From Oscillospiraceae bacterium (GTDB taxonomy: Bacteria; Bacillota; Clostridia; Oscillospirales; Acutalibacteraceae), in the NCBI GenBank assembly GCA_029219165.1, contig JAQXSW010000015.1, forward strand, positions 14,487 to 78,486: a stretch of 64,000 bases of DNA, given 5' to 3'. Below the pieces are notes generated by a model that saw only the letters and a program-made list of their open reading frames with translations, had not been told where the DNA came from and did no database searches. Each line of letters opens with the position of its first letter. Position 1 is the stretch's first letter. A program made the translations under genes and the position numbers. This document shows, piece after piece, positions 26,903-36,395 of the stretch.

Positions 26903-29734
26903 TTATTTCTTAAACTTAACTTTAATTGGAAGAGTAAGCATTCTAGGAATAATGTATTTGAGCTTTTCTTCACTTGTACGCATAACACTTGCACCCGGAA
27001 TGTCTCTTTTAAGATGAATTGCATCAAAGTGACATCTTGTTGTACAGAGACCACAACCAATACACTGGTTAGGGTCAACAACAGATACACCACACTTGAG
27101 ACAACGAGCTGATTCACGAAGAGCCTGTTCCTCGGTAAATGGTTTTACATATTCTCTAAATGACTTAGCATCTACTGAAGGGTCACGCTCCGGTTCTTCA
27201 CGACCTGCTGTATCATAAGAAACAACTTGAATATCTTCCTTATTAAGTTCAATGAAGTCTCTTCTGTCACGACCAATTGTAAGGGTAGCATCCTGTACAA
27301 AACGGTGAATTGAAATTGCACCTTCACGGCCTGCAGCAATTGCATCAATTGCAAACTTAGGTCCTGTGTATACATCGCCACCTACAAAGATATCAGGTTC
27401 AGCAGTTTGATATGTAAGCTTATTTGCAACAGCTGCATTTCCTCTGCCAAGCTCAACCTTAGAACCGTCAAGAAGATTGCCCCATTCAATTGACTGACCA
27501 ATTGAAAGAACTACATCTGAACACTCAACAGTAATTGTTTCATTTTCATCATATTCAGGATTGAAACGTCCATTGTCATCAAATACTTTTGTACACTTCT
27601 TGAATACAATGCCGCAAACCTTACCGTCTTGTGTAAGAATTTCCTTTGGTCCCCAACCGTTGTTAATTGTAATATCTTCATGTTCTGCATCAAGAATTTC
27701 TTCATCAAGAGCCGGCATTTGCTCTCTGCTTTCAAGACAGTACATTGAAACATCTGTAGCACCAACTCTTGTTGAAACACGAGCAGCATCTATAGCAACG
27801 TTACCGCCACCAACAACTACAACCTTTTGTCCATTAAGATCAAATTTTTCTGTAACAGCTGTATTCTCAAGGAGTTCAACTGCTGTGTAAACGCCATCTG
27901 CATCCTCTCCCGGAATTCCGGCCTTTCTTCCGCCTTGACATCCGATTGCAACATAGAAAGCCTTATAACCCTGTTCACGAAGTTCTTGGATAGTAATGTC
28001 TTTACCAACTTTAACGCCATACTTAATGTCAGCGCCAAGTTCACGAATAACATCTACTTCTGCTTCAATAACATTCTTTTCAAGTTTGAATGATGGAATA
28101 CCATATGTAAGCATACCACCTGCTTTTTCTCTCATTTCAAATACTGTTGGAGCATAACCTTTAAGAGCAAGATAATATGCACATGAAAGACCGGCAGGAC
28201 CAGCACCGATGATAGCAACTTTTGTCTTCTTAAAGAAGTCCTTATCAAGTGATGGAATTACCTTTTCAGGAATATAACGTGTAGCAGCATTTAAGTCTCT
28301 TTCAGCAACAAACTTCTTAAGCTCATCTATTGCAACTGCCTTATCTATTGTTGCACGTGTACAAGCATTTTCACATCTGCGGTTACAAATACGGCCACAG
28401 ATTGCAGGAAGTGGGTTATCTTGCTTAATAAGTTGAAGAGCTTCGTCATATCTGCCATTCTTAATCATATTAATATAACCTTGGATTGCAATATGAGCAG
28501 GACAAGCTGACTTACATGGAGCTGTACCTGATTCATGAGTGTTAATTCTATTTACATCTCTATAGTTAATTGTCCACTTATCAGGTCCCCAAGCTGAATG
28601 CTCATATGGAAGTTCCATCTGTGGATATTCAACCTCTGTTCCATCCTTCTTGCAAAGCTTTTGTCCAAGAGTTGGAGCACCTGCAGGACATACCTCAACG
28701 CACTTTCCGCAAGCAACACACTTCTCCTTGTCAACATGCGCAACATATGCAGAACGTGACATATTAGGAGTGTTATAAAGCTGAGATGTACGTAGAGCAT
28801 AACAAACGTTTACGTTACAGTTACAAATTGCAAAGATTTTGTTTTCTCCGTCAATATTTGTAATCTGATGAACGAATCCGTTCTTTTCACCATCTTCAAG
28901 AAGCTCTAATGCCTCTTCTCTAGTAACGTATCTACCGCCCTTATTTGTCTGAACAACATAGTCAGCCATGTCTCCTACAGCAAGGCACCAGCCTTCTGGG
29001 TCATCTCCACAAGCCTCACCATGTGTCTGTCTTGAACGACGACATGAGCAAGGAGAGGCAGCATATTTTCCATCATACTTGTCAAGCCAATGTGAAATAT
29101 GCTCAACAGATGCTGACTGATTTTCCATTTCAATAGCTTTTTCAACAGGAATAACGTGCATTCCTATACCGGCTCCGCCCTCAGGAACAAATCTAGTAAT
29201 GTCATCAAGAGGAAGACGTGTCATTCTATCAAAGAATGTACCAAGCTCCGGATGCTCATTTAAAAGGTTATTGTTCATGTTTGAAAACTCAGCAGAACCA
29301 GGAACATACATTGGAAGAACATACTGCTTTTCACGTCTTTCATTCTCCCAGTTGTATTCAATAATACCTCTGACAGAAAGGTCTTCCATCATTGCCTCAA
29401 TTTCTTCTTTAGACTTTGCTTTAAGGGACTCTACCTTGCAGTTCTTTACAAGTTCAAATATTTGGTCAATAGTTACAGGTTTTCTGACATCAAGAAGGTA
29501 TGCAAGTTCAGCCTTCTCATCTGTGTCAATCATTGCATTAAGACCCCAATATTCCGGATCCTCCATGGTAATCTTCTTAAGACCTAGTTTCTGTGGAATA
29601 CGGTCTGTAATCTTCTTACCAAGTCTAGCAATTGGCTCTCTGAATTCTGCCGTATTGTTTTTAGCAGGATTCTCAAAGTCAATTTCCGGATACTTGTACT
29701 CCGGATAGAGTTCCTTGTCGTTCAAATTTGCCAT
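26903..29734 (-). CDS. Multidomain Fe-S flavoprotein (GltD-like FAD/NAD(P) oxidoreductase with ferredoxin domains)
   Basis: It has a Cys-rich N-terminal domain of about 340 aa (SPCSCRR..., CNCNVNVC). Ferredoxin motifs are CVACGKCVEVCP and CIGCGLCTTRC. Dinucleotide folds are IIGAGPAGLSCAYYL and VVVVGGGNVAIDAA. The SD favours the second ATG at 29734. Confidence 0.75.
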   Translation of the reverse strand: MANLNDKELYPEYKYPEIDFENPAKNNTAEFREPIARLGKKITDRIPQKLGLKKITMEDPEYWGLNAMIDTDEKAELAYLLDVRKPVTIDQIFELVKNCKVESLKAKSKEEIEAMMEDLSVRGIIEYNWENERREKQYVLPMYVPGSAEFSNMNNNLLNEHPELGTFFDRMTRLPLDDITRFVPEGGAGIGMHVIPVEKAIEMENQSASVEHISHWLDKYDGKYAASPCSCRRSRQTHGEACGDDPEGWCLAVGDMADYVVQTNKGGRYVTREEALELLEDGEKNGFVHQITNIDGENKIFAICNCNVNVCYALRTSQLYNTPNMSRSAYVAHVDKEKCVACGKCVEVCPAGAPTLGQKLCKKDGTEVEYPQMELPYEHSAWGPDKWTINYRDVNRINTHESGTAPCKSACPAHIAIQGYINMIKNGRYDEALQLIKQDNPLPAICGRICNRRCENACTRATIDKAVAIDELKKFVAERDLNAATRYIPEKVIPSLDKDFFKKTKVAIIGAGPAGLSCAYYLALKGYAPTVFEMREKAGGMLTYGIPSFKLEKNVIEAEVDVIRELGADIKYGVKVGKDITIQELREQGYKAFYVAIGCQGGRKAGIPGEDADGVYTAVELLENTAVTEKFDLNGQKVVVVGGGNVAIDAARVSTRVGATDVSMYCLESREQMPALDEEILDAEHEDITINNGWGPKEILTQDGKVCGIVFKKCTKVFDDNGRFNPEYDENETITVECSDVVLSIGQSIEWGNLLDGSKVELGRGNAAVANKLTYQTAEPDIFVGGDVYTGPKFAIDAIAAGREGAISIHRFVQDATLTIGRDRRDFIELNKEDIQVVSYDTAGREEPERDPSVDAKSFREYVKPFTEEQALRESARCLKCGVSVVDPNQCIGCGLCTTRCHFDAIHLKRDIPGASVMRTSEEKLKYIIPRMLTLPIKVKFKK

Positions 29735-29771
29735 AATCATTTCCCTTTCCTAAAAATTTTAATGCCAAAAT

Positions 29772-30209
29772 TTATTTATAGTTTCTATAAATACGATTTA
29801 TACTTACGTTCTTCTCATTTGCAAGTTTCTTTACACTTTCATATTCAAGTGAAAGTTTAGAAACATCCTCATAAGAAAAACGATTAGCTAAAACCTCACC
29901 ATACTCTGTCATAACCTCAGTTTTTTTCCTGTCCATTATAACACGAGACTTCACTTCACGTCTAAGACCAACAGCTGAAGTATGCTTAAAAATTATTTTA
30001 ATAAGTTCTTCTTCAACATCCGGTTTACATAAAACCGTCAGTTTATAAGCCGGACGACATTTTTTCATGTATATTGGAGCAAAAGATGCATCCTTTGCAC
30101 CATTGTCCATTAATTTTTCAAGACAATATCCAAGTTCCTCAGCTGTTGAGTCATCTATATTTGTTTCAAGGACAACAATTTCATCTATGTATTTTGGGTC
30201 CACAGCCAT
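29772..30209 (-). CDS. larC: Stand-alone LarC C-terminal domain (LarC2-like, DUF111 C-terminus)
   Basis: 145 aa. VVLETNIDD...IYMKKCRPAYKL...AVGLRREV matches the C-terminal (CTP-binding) part of nickel-insertion protein LarC. Its start overlaps the larB stop (TAATG). Confidence 0.7.
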   Translation of the reverse strand: MAVDPKYIDEIVVLETNIDDSTAEELGYCLEKLMDNGAKDASFAPIYMKKCRPAYKLTVLCKPDVEEELIKIIFKHTSAVGLRREVKSRVIMDRKKTEVMTEYGEVLANRFSYEDVSKLSLEYESVKKLANEKNVSINRIYRNYK

Positions 30210-30964
30210 TACTGTTTACCCCCTTTAACTGCTATTTGATTAATTTGAGCAGCTGAATAACCGGCGGAAAAACCGTTATCTATATTTACAACGCTTGTAC
30301 CTGCAGCGCATGAATTAAGCATTGCAAGAAGAGCAGAAAGTCCACCAAAGTTTGCACCATAACCAATACTTGTTGGAACAGCCAAAACCGGAACATCCAC
30401 CAATCCTCCGACAACCGTGGCAAGAGCCCCCTCCATACCGGCCACCGCAACAACAGCATTTGCACGTCTTATATCATTTACTTTACTTAGTAAGCGATGT
30501 ATTCCTGCAACTCCAACATCGTAATACTTTTCAACGGTTGAACCACACATATACGCGGTTATTGCAGCTTCTTCTGCAACCGGAATATCCGTTGTACCTG
30601 CGGTACATACGGCCACACATCCAACTGTTTCTTCCGGTTCGCCAACAGTTATACATTTTGCTATTTCATGGAAAACAGCATTTGGAAGAAGCTCCCTTAC
30701 CGCGTCATATTGTTCTATTGAAGCCCTTGTTCCAAGAACAAGACCATTTGCATCATAAAGTCTTTTGAATATTTCCGCACATTGATCTACTCTCTTACCC
30801 TGACAGAAAACAACTTCCGGAAACCCGGTCCTTATTTTCCTGTGGTTATCCAAACGAGCATAGTCGCCAACCTCTTCATAAGGAAGAGTTTTAAGCTTTT
30901 CAATTGCAGATTCCGTACTTATACTGCCATCTGCAACTCCATTAAGAAGTGCTTCTAAATTCAT
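30209..30964 (-). CDS. larB: Nickel-pincer cofactor biosynthesis protein LarB (PurE-like carboxylase/hydrolase)
   Basis: The motif AVAGMEGALATVVGGL is present within a PurE-like fold. The start at 30964 (MNLEALLNG) follows SD GAGGGG. Confidence 0.8.
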   Translation of the reverse strand: MNLEALLNGVADGSISTESAIEKLKTLPYEEVGDYARLDNHRKIRTGFPEVVFCQGKRVDQCAEIFKRLYDANGLVLGTRASIEQYDAVRELLPNAVFHEIAKCITVGEPEETVGCVAVCTAGTTDIPVAEEAAITAYMCGSTVEKYYDVGVAGIHRLLSKVNDIRRANAVVAVAGMEGALATVVGGLVDVPVLAVPTSIGYGANFGGLSALLAMLNSCAAGTSVVNIDNGFSAGYSAAQINQIAVKGGKQ

Positions 30965-30974
30965 TGTTATCCCC

Positions 30975-31781
30975 TCATATGTCCATGCTACCGGAACGAA
31001 GCCCAATTGCATCTACTGTAACATAATCAAATCCAAGTCCCTTTATTTCAGCAATTAATGTATTCTGTTCTTCACTACCATTTACGAATTCAGAAATTCT
31101 GTCAGTTGGAAGTTCAATTCTTGCAATATTTCCATGAATACGAAGTCGGCACGCTTCAAAACCATTTGACTTTATAAGTTGCTCTCCTCTTTCACAAGTC
31201 TCAAGCATTTCATTTGTAACTTTAGTGTTATAAGGAAATCTTGTAAGCAAACAAGGTGAAGACGGCTTACCGGCAACTGAAAGTCCAAGTTCGCGTCCTA
31301 TTTCCCTAAGTTCACTCTTCTTAAGACCTGCCATTGCTATTGGACTGACAACACCCAGTTCATCACGAGCTTTGAGTCCGGGTCTAAACTCCAAAAGATC
31401 ATCGGCATTAGTTCCGTCGCAAAGAACTTTGTATCCTTTTTCTTTTGCTAAATCAAAAAGTGCAGAAAACATTTTTCTCTTACAATAATAACATCTGGAC
31501 TTTGAATTTAAGCTTATATTTTCATCTGACATAACATCTATATCCAAAGTTACGTGTTTGACACCCAACTCTTCCGCAACCGATTTTGCGTTTTCTATTG
31601 AAATCATACGCTTTGTAAGATTCGTATTAAATGTCACTGCTAAAACATCAAAGCCCATTGAAACAGCAACATTAAGAAGAATTGTACTGTCTACTCCGGC
31701 AGAAAAAGCCAAAGCAAACTTCTTTTCCGGTGCAATATCAAGCAGCACGTTCTTTAATTTTACAACATTTTTGCTTTCCAT
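30975..31781 (-). CDS. larE: LarE-type PP-loop ATP pyrophosphatase / sulfur transferase
   Basis: PP-loop AFSAGVDS. SSPCLLTRFPY matches the LarE Cys176 region, and there is an additional CYYC pair. Confidence 0.8.
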   Translation of the reverse strand: MESKNVVKLKNVLLDIAPEKKFALAFSAGVDSTILLNVAVSMGFDVLAVTFNTNLTKRMISIENAKSVAEELGVKHVTLDIDVMSDENISLNSKSRCYYCKRKMFSALFDLAKEKGYKVLCDGTNADDLLEFRPGLKARDELGVVSPIAMAGLKKSELREIGRELGLSVAGKPSSPCLLTRFPYNTKVTNEMLETCERGEQLIKSNGFEACRLRIHGNIARIELPTDRISEFVNGSEEQNTLIAEIKGLGFDYVTVDAIGLRSGSMDI

Positions 31782-31791
31782 GCTACCCCCA

Positions 31792-33315
31792 TTATTTTAA
31801 AGAGGAAATATCCAGTCCCTCATAATTTGAAAGAAATTCTTTGACGTCTGAAAGAATTTCTTTTACCCCTTCCAAAACATTACTTTCAATGTTAAGCGGA
31901 AGAATTGGATCGTGCACAGAAAGACGAAGAAGAAACCAGCCATCAGCATTAACATTTGTTGCTCTAACACCTTCAAAACTATCTGTGGCAAGTTCATAAT
32001 TTTCTTTTTCGGAAATGAACTTCTCAAGATCATCCAAAACCTTATTCCCATAGGTCCTAAAATCTTCTTCAAGAATTTTAATTCTGTATTCTTCAGCAGC
32101 AAGTGGCTCTACAAGATTTGCAATTAAGTCGGTAATTTTTCCACCGTCTTTTGCCATTATTGCCGCTTTAATTACTATTTTGGTAACTAGATAAGCGCCA
32201 TCATCCAGAAAATAGTTTTCCCTCATTGCAGCGTGACCGGAAGTTTCAATTGCAAGCGGAGAATTAATACATTCAACAAGATTAAGACGTTTTGACTCAT
32301 TAATTACATTCTTGTACCCACGTTTAAATCTATGATGCTTTCCACCGAGTTCATTTTCAATGAAATCTTTAAGGCCGGAAGATGTAACAGAATCAGTAAC
32401 GATTGTGCCGCCTTCATTTCCCTCAAGTGCAATACAAGAAGCCAAAGCAATTAATGCATTTCTGTTAATTTCTTTTCCATCTGCGCCAACACAAGCAGCT
32501 CTGTCTACATCTGTGTCAAAAATAAGTCCTAAATCTGCCTCGTTGTCTCTGACAGCCTTTGAAATAAAGGACATTGCAACCTTGTTTTCAGGATTTGGAA
32601 TGTGATTAGGAAACATGCCATCAGGCTCTAAGAACTGGCTTCCGGTTATATCAGCCCCAAGTGGTTCAAGTACTTTTTTGGCATAAAATCCACCTGCTCC
32701 ATTTCCAGCATCCACTACAATCTTAAAACCTCTAAGCGGACGTGAATAGTCATCTGCATTTACCTCTTTACAGATTTTTTCACGGAGCATTGCAGCATAG
32801 TTGTTCATATACTGGCACTCTGTAACTTTTCCAGGTTCAACGCCTTCAGGTTTAATGTCATATGTAGCATTTGTAAGAATTACATCTATATCTGTAGATT
32901 CAAGTCCACCTTTTTTAATAAAAAACTTAAGTCCATTTTTGTTGAATGGATGATGGCTTGCAGTTATTTCAATAGATGCATCGCACTCAAAGTCAACAGT
33001 TGTCATAAACATTGCAGGAGTTGAGGAAAGTCCGCAGTCTTTTACGTCTATTCCGCACTTAACCAAAGTATCTATTACTACAGTTTTAATTCTTTCAGCA
33101 GATATACGTGAGTCATGACCTACAGCAACAGTAAATTTATCAGCAATTGGTGAAACATTGTCATAAAGCCACTGAGCAAATCCAAAAGTAATATCAGCTA
33201 TTGCCTCATCTGTAAGTGTTACAGGTTCACCTTGAACACCATCTACAGCAGTACCACGAATATCAGTTCCGCTCTTTAAATTTTTATAATTCTTTTCAAC
33301 ATTAATTTCAGGCAT
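31792..33315 (-). CDS. Phosphohexomutase (phosphoglucomutase/phosphomannomutase family)
   Basis: The phosphoserine loop is TASHHPFNKNG, the metal loop FDTDVDR and the sugar loop ETSGHAAM. Confidence 0.8.
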   Translation of the reverse strand: MPEINVEKNYKNLKSGTDIRGTAVDGVQGEPVTLTDEAIADITFGFAQWLYDNVSPIADKFTVAVGHDSRISAERIKTVVIDTLVKCGIDVKDCGLSSTPAMFMTTVDFECDASIEITASHHPFNKNGLKFFIKKGGLESTDIDVILTNATYDIKPEGVEPGKVTECQYMNNYAAMLREKICKEVNADDYSRPLRGFKIVVDAGNGAGGFYAKKVLEPLGADITGSQFLEPDGMFPNHIPNPENKVAMSFISKAVRDNEADLGLIFDTDVDRAACVGADGKEINRNALIALASCIALEGNEGGTIVTDSVTSSGLKDFIENELGGKHHRFKRGYKNVINESKRLNLVECINSPLAIETSGHAAMRENYFLDDGAYLVTKIVIKAAIMAKDGGKITDLIANLVEPLAAEEYRIKILEEDFRTYGNKVLDDLEKFISEKENYELATDSFEGVRATNVNADGWFLLRLSVHDPILPLNIESNVLEGVKEILSDVKEFLSNYEGLDISSLK

Positions 33316-33335
33316 TTATATTGCCCCCCTGATAA

Positions 33336-34124
33336 TTAAATTGAGTAAAAAATCCCTTCGTTTTTAAACCCTTGTTTTTCATAAAATGTGACCTTATCTT
33401 TGGCACACATAATAAAAATATCTTTATTTCTGTATTTACTGCAAAATAGTTCAATTAAAGTCTGAGCATAGTGTTTACCACGAACATCTAAACTAGTTGA
33501 TATTGCTCCAAGAAGTACAGAATGTTCCGATTTAACAAGCGTAGATGCAGTAGCCTTACAATTGCCATCAAGCACAACTGCAAAATCCATAGTGTCATGT
33601 CTTACCCTGTGGGAAATATCCACATACCAATCGGAATAATTAGAAAAGACATTTCCGGGAAAATTCTCATTTAATGTCTCATAAAAAACTTTGCAGTCTT
33701 CTTGTCTATTGAGAAAAATTTTACTTGAAATATCAGTAACAGTTCCAATGTATTCAGAACCGGCAGGAAGTCTCATAATGTAACCTGAAGGCGAAAAACA
33801 AGGAACATCTGTGTCAGACTCTTTATATGTCAAATAATCAATTAATTTTTTTGAATTCGTTGTTAAAGAATAATACCCAATAACTTTCAAAAAAGAAGCA
33901 ATCTCAAATGCGTCAGAATCTTTCATTAAAAAAGCAACTGTATCATTATACTTTTTTGAAATGAAAGCTGTTACATTGCCTCCTATTGTTTGAGTCCAAT
34001 ACATGGCAATGCTGTCATATTGAATACCATAGGAAATAAGAGGCTCTATTGCCTTTAGTCCTATGCAGTCACGCTCACAAATTGCAACTATTTTCTCCGC
34101 GTTGCCTGAAAAGATGTTAATCAA
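33336..34124 (-). CDS. Putative GNAT-type acetyltransferase (C-terminal domain only recognisable)
   Basis: The TTG start overlaps the upstream stop (TTGA). The C-terminal ...LLGAISTSLDVRGKHYAQTLIE...FYEKQGFK resembles the acetyl-CoA-binding core of GNATs. Confidence 0.4.
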   Translation of the reverse strand: MINIFSGNAEKIVAICERDCIGLKAIEPLISYGIQYDSIAMYWTQTIGGNVTAFISKKYNDTVAFLMKDSDAFEIASFLKVIGYYSLTTNSKKLIDYLTYKESDTDVPCFSPSGYIMRLPAGSEYIGTVTDISSKIFLNRQEDCKVFYETLNENFPGNVFSNYSDWYVDISHRVRHDTMDFAVVLDGNCKATASTLVKSEHSVLLGAISTSLDVRGKHYAQTLIELFCSKYRNKDIFIMCAKDKVTFYEKQGFKNEGIFYSI

Positions 34125-36256
34125 ATTTTACACGCACCTTCAACTATTAGATGCAAGAGTTTTCCGGTCTCTTTAACATCCGACTTATTAATTACACATG
34201 CAGCCGAATGAAGATATCTTGTAGGAAGAGAAACAGCAATAACTCTTGAACCGGAACCCGCCCTTTGCACAGAGGATGAATCATTTCCACCGGCAATAAG
34301 AGTTTTAGTCTGAACCTTTATACCATTTTCCTTTGCAAGAGACATTACCCAATTATAAAGATCTTTATCATAAACCGTTCCTCTATCCATATATGAAACA
34401 ACCGGTCCGTCACCTAAAACACAAGCACGTTTTTCTCCGGTTACACCGTGAATATCTCCGGCAGTTGTTGTTTCTAAAACAACTGATATGTCAGGACTTA
34501 TTCCATTTGCAGCACATATAGCACCACGCGATCCAACCTCTTCTTGAGTGGTAAACGCAAAATAAGTGTCATATGGCAAATCAGAATTTATTAGTTCAAG
34601 CATAAAACTGCAACCCAGTCTGTCATCCAGTGCCTTTGCCTTGACAAAGGACTTATCTGTTCCAAATTCAACAAACTCAGAGTTAAACACTGCATAATCT
34701 CCAAGAGCAACGCTTTTTTCTGCCTCTTCTTTGCTGTGAGCCCCTATGTCAACATACATATCAGGTATTGAAGGTATTTTAGTTCTTTCATTGCCCTCAC
34801 ATAAATGAATATGCTTAAGACCAATTACCCCGGTTACACCGCTTTCAAATGTAACAGTTTTACCGACCAACACATCTTCACATATACCACCAATTTCATC
34901 CACCTTAATAAGGCCTTCTTCAGTTATATATGTTGCAATAAGTCCGACCTCATCCATGTGGGCACAAAACATTACCTTTTTATCAGGCACTTTTTTACCT
35001 ATTTTCTTAACAATAAGATTACCAATATTGTCAACGTAATATTCTATATCATGTGGGAGCTTCCCGATTATATATTGGCGAACTAAATCCTCTCGACCGG
35101 ATACGCCATGAATATCAGAGATTTCTTTTATATCTTCATATTCTTCTGAAACTACTTTTGGATTTTTATTAAACTCATATTCTGTATTACTTAAAGAATA
35201 GTCATAAACAACTTTTTCATTTGCCAATGAAAGACAGTATTCAGCAATAAGCCTTGCACTGTTCTCAACATCATCTGTATTTATAACCTCAATAGGAGTA
35301 TGCATATACTTAAGTGGTAATGAAACCATTCCAACCTTTATACCGGTCTTAGTTGTTGCAAGTTCATCTGCATGTGTACCGGTTCTTGATGGAATAATTT
35401 CAAACTGAAAAGGAATGTTTTTCTCTTTTGCGAGCGATTCAAGCATTAAGCTTACTTCCCTACATACAACAGGCCCCTTTCCAATCATAGGACCCTTTCC
35501 TATTATTCCGCATTCCTTTGCACTGCAACCCGGTGTTTTGTCAAAGCTTACATCTACAACTATTCCGTATTCAGCATCATAGTCATAAATGTTTGTATAT
35601 GCTCCTCTTCCTGCAACCTCTTCACATACAGAGAAACTTGCCAGTACATTTGGCTTTTTGTTTTTTCCGTTCTTACAGGCACTGTCTATTATTTCCAGAG
35701 TTCTGAGAATAACCAGCATTCCGCTTCTGTCATCTAAAGCTCCTGATGAAACTTCGTTTCCAAGAAGATCAATAAAACTATATTTAGGAAGAATTCTGTC
35801 CCCTTTAGAGATTAATTTTTCGGCATCTTCTTTTGTAAGGCCGGTATCTATTGCAAGTTCAGATGCTTTTTTTGTCTTTTCAGAATCTTCACTTTTTCTG
35901 AGATGTGGTGGAAGAGTGCTGATTATGCCGTATATTTTTTCATTCACCTTACTTGAAATGATTTCCACTTCCAAGGCAGAAAGACATCGCTCGTCTATAC
36001 CACCACACTTGTCAAATAATACAAAGCCATTATCACATACTTCTGTAACAATTAAACCAACTTGGTCCATATGTGCATCTAATACAATTTTTGGACCAAC
36101 GCCGTTCATAATTCCCAAAAGGTTTCCCCTGTTTGAAACTTTAATAGAGTCACAAAAAGTATTTAATTTTTCTTTAGATAATTCTCTGATTTCATCCTCT
36201 GCTCCCGGAAGTCCACAGGCAGAAGTAAGTTCATAGAGTTCTTTTATTAAATTCAT
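34121..36256 (-). CDS. Tandem-fused double M42 (TET/glutamyl aminopeptidase family) metallopeptidase
   Basis: There are two complete M42 units. Unit 1 has DAHMDQVG, ALDDRSG, CEEVAGRG and YMHTP. Unit 2 has CAHMDEVG, ALDDRLG, TQEEVGSRG and YLHSA. The start at 36256 (MNLIKEL) follows AAGGGGAG. Confidence 0.8.
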   Translation of the reverse strand: MNLIKELYELTSACGLPGAEDEIRELSKEKLNTFCDSIKVSNRGNLLGIMNGVGPKIVLDAHMDQVGLIVTEVCDNGFVLFDKCGGIDERCLSALEVEIISSKVNEKIYGIISTLPPHLRKSEDSEKTKKASELAIDTGLTKEDAEKLISKGDRILPKYSFIDLLGNEVSSGALDDRSGMLVILRTLEIIDSACKNGKNKKPNVLASFSVCEEVAGRGAYTNIYDYDAEYGIVVDVSFDKTPGCSAKECGIIGKGPMIGKGPVVCREVSLMLESLAKEKNIPFQFEIIPSRTGTHADELATTKTGIKVGMVSLPLKYMHTPIEVINTDDVENSARLIAEYCLSLANEKVVYDYSLSNTEYEFNKNPKVVSEEYEDIKEISDIHGVSGREDLVRQYIIGKLPHDIEYYVDNIGNLIVKKIGKKVPDKKVMFCAHMDEVGLIATYITEEGLIKVDEIGGICEDVLVGKTVTFESGVTGVIGLKHIHLCEGNERTKIPSIPDMYVDIGAHSKEEAEKSVALGDYAVFNSEFVEFGTDKSFVKAKALDDRLGCSFMLELINSDLPYDTYFAFTTQEEVGSRGAICAANGISPDISVVLETTTAGDIHGVTGEKRACVLGDGPVVSYMDRGTVYDKDLYNWVMSLAKENGIKVQTKTLIAGGNDSSSVQRAGSGSRVIAVSLPTRYLHSAACVINKSDVKETGKLLHLIVEGACKI

Positions 36257-36358
36257 TTCGTGACTCCCCTTAAAAACGCTCACTATTAATTTATTATTTT
36301 ACCATAATTGTTTACAAACAACAACATAATTATACTTTACAAAAGCGTTACAAAGAAA

Positions 36359-36388
36359 AACCCCAGAGCTATATTTTGCTCCGGGGTT
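36359..36388 (-). terminator. Rho-independent terminator after the giant surface-protein gene
   Basis: On the minus strand, AACCCCGGAGC-loop-GCTCTGGGGTT is followed by TTTTTCTTT. Confidence 0.6.
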
Positions 36389-36395
36389 CTTTTAA

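Noticed and set aside
29199-29708. 169-aa plus-strand ORF inside the 943-aa flavoprotein gene
   Set aside because: It is an antisense shadow ORF, Ser-rich and low-complexity.
35589-36236. 215-aa plus-strand ORF inside the tandem M42 peptidase gene
   Set aside because: It is an antisense shadow ORF, Ser/Phe/Leu-rich, with no motifs or SD.
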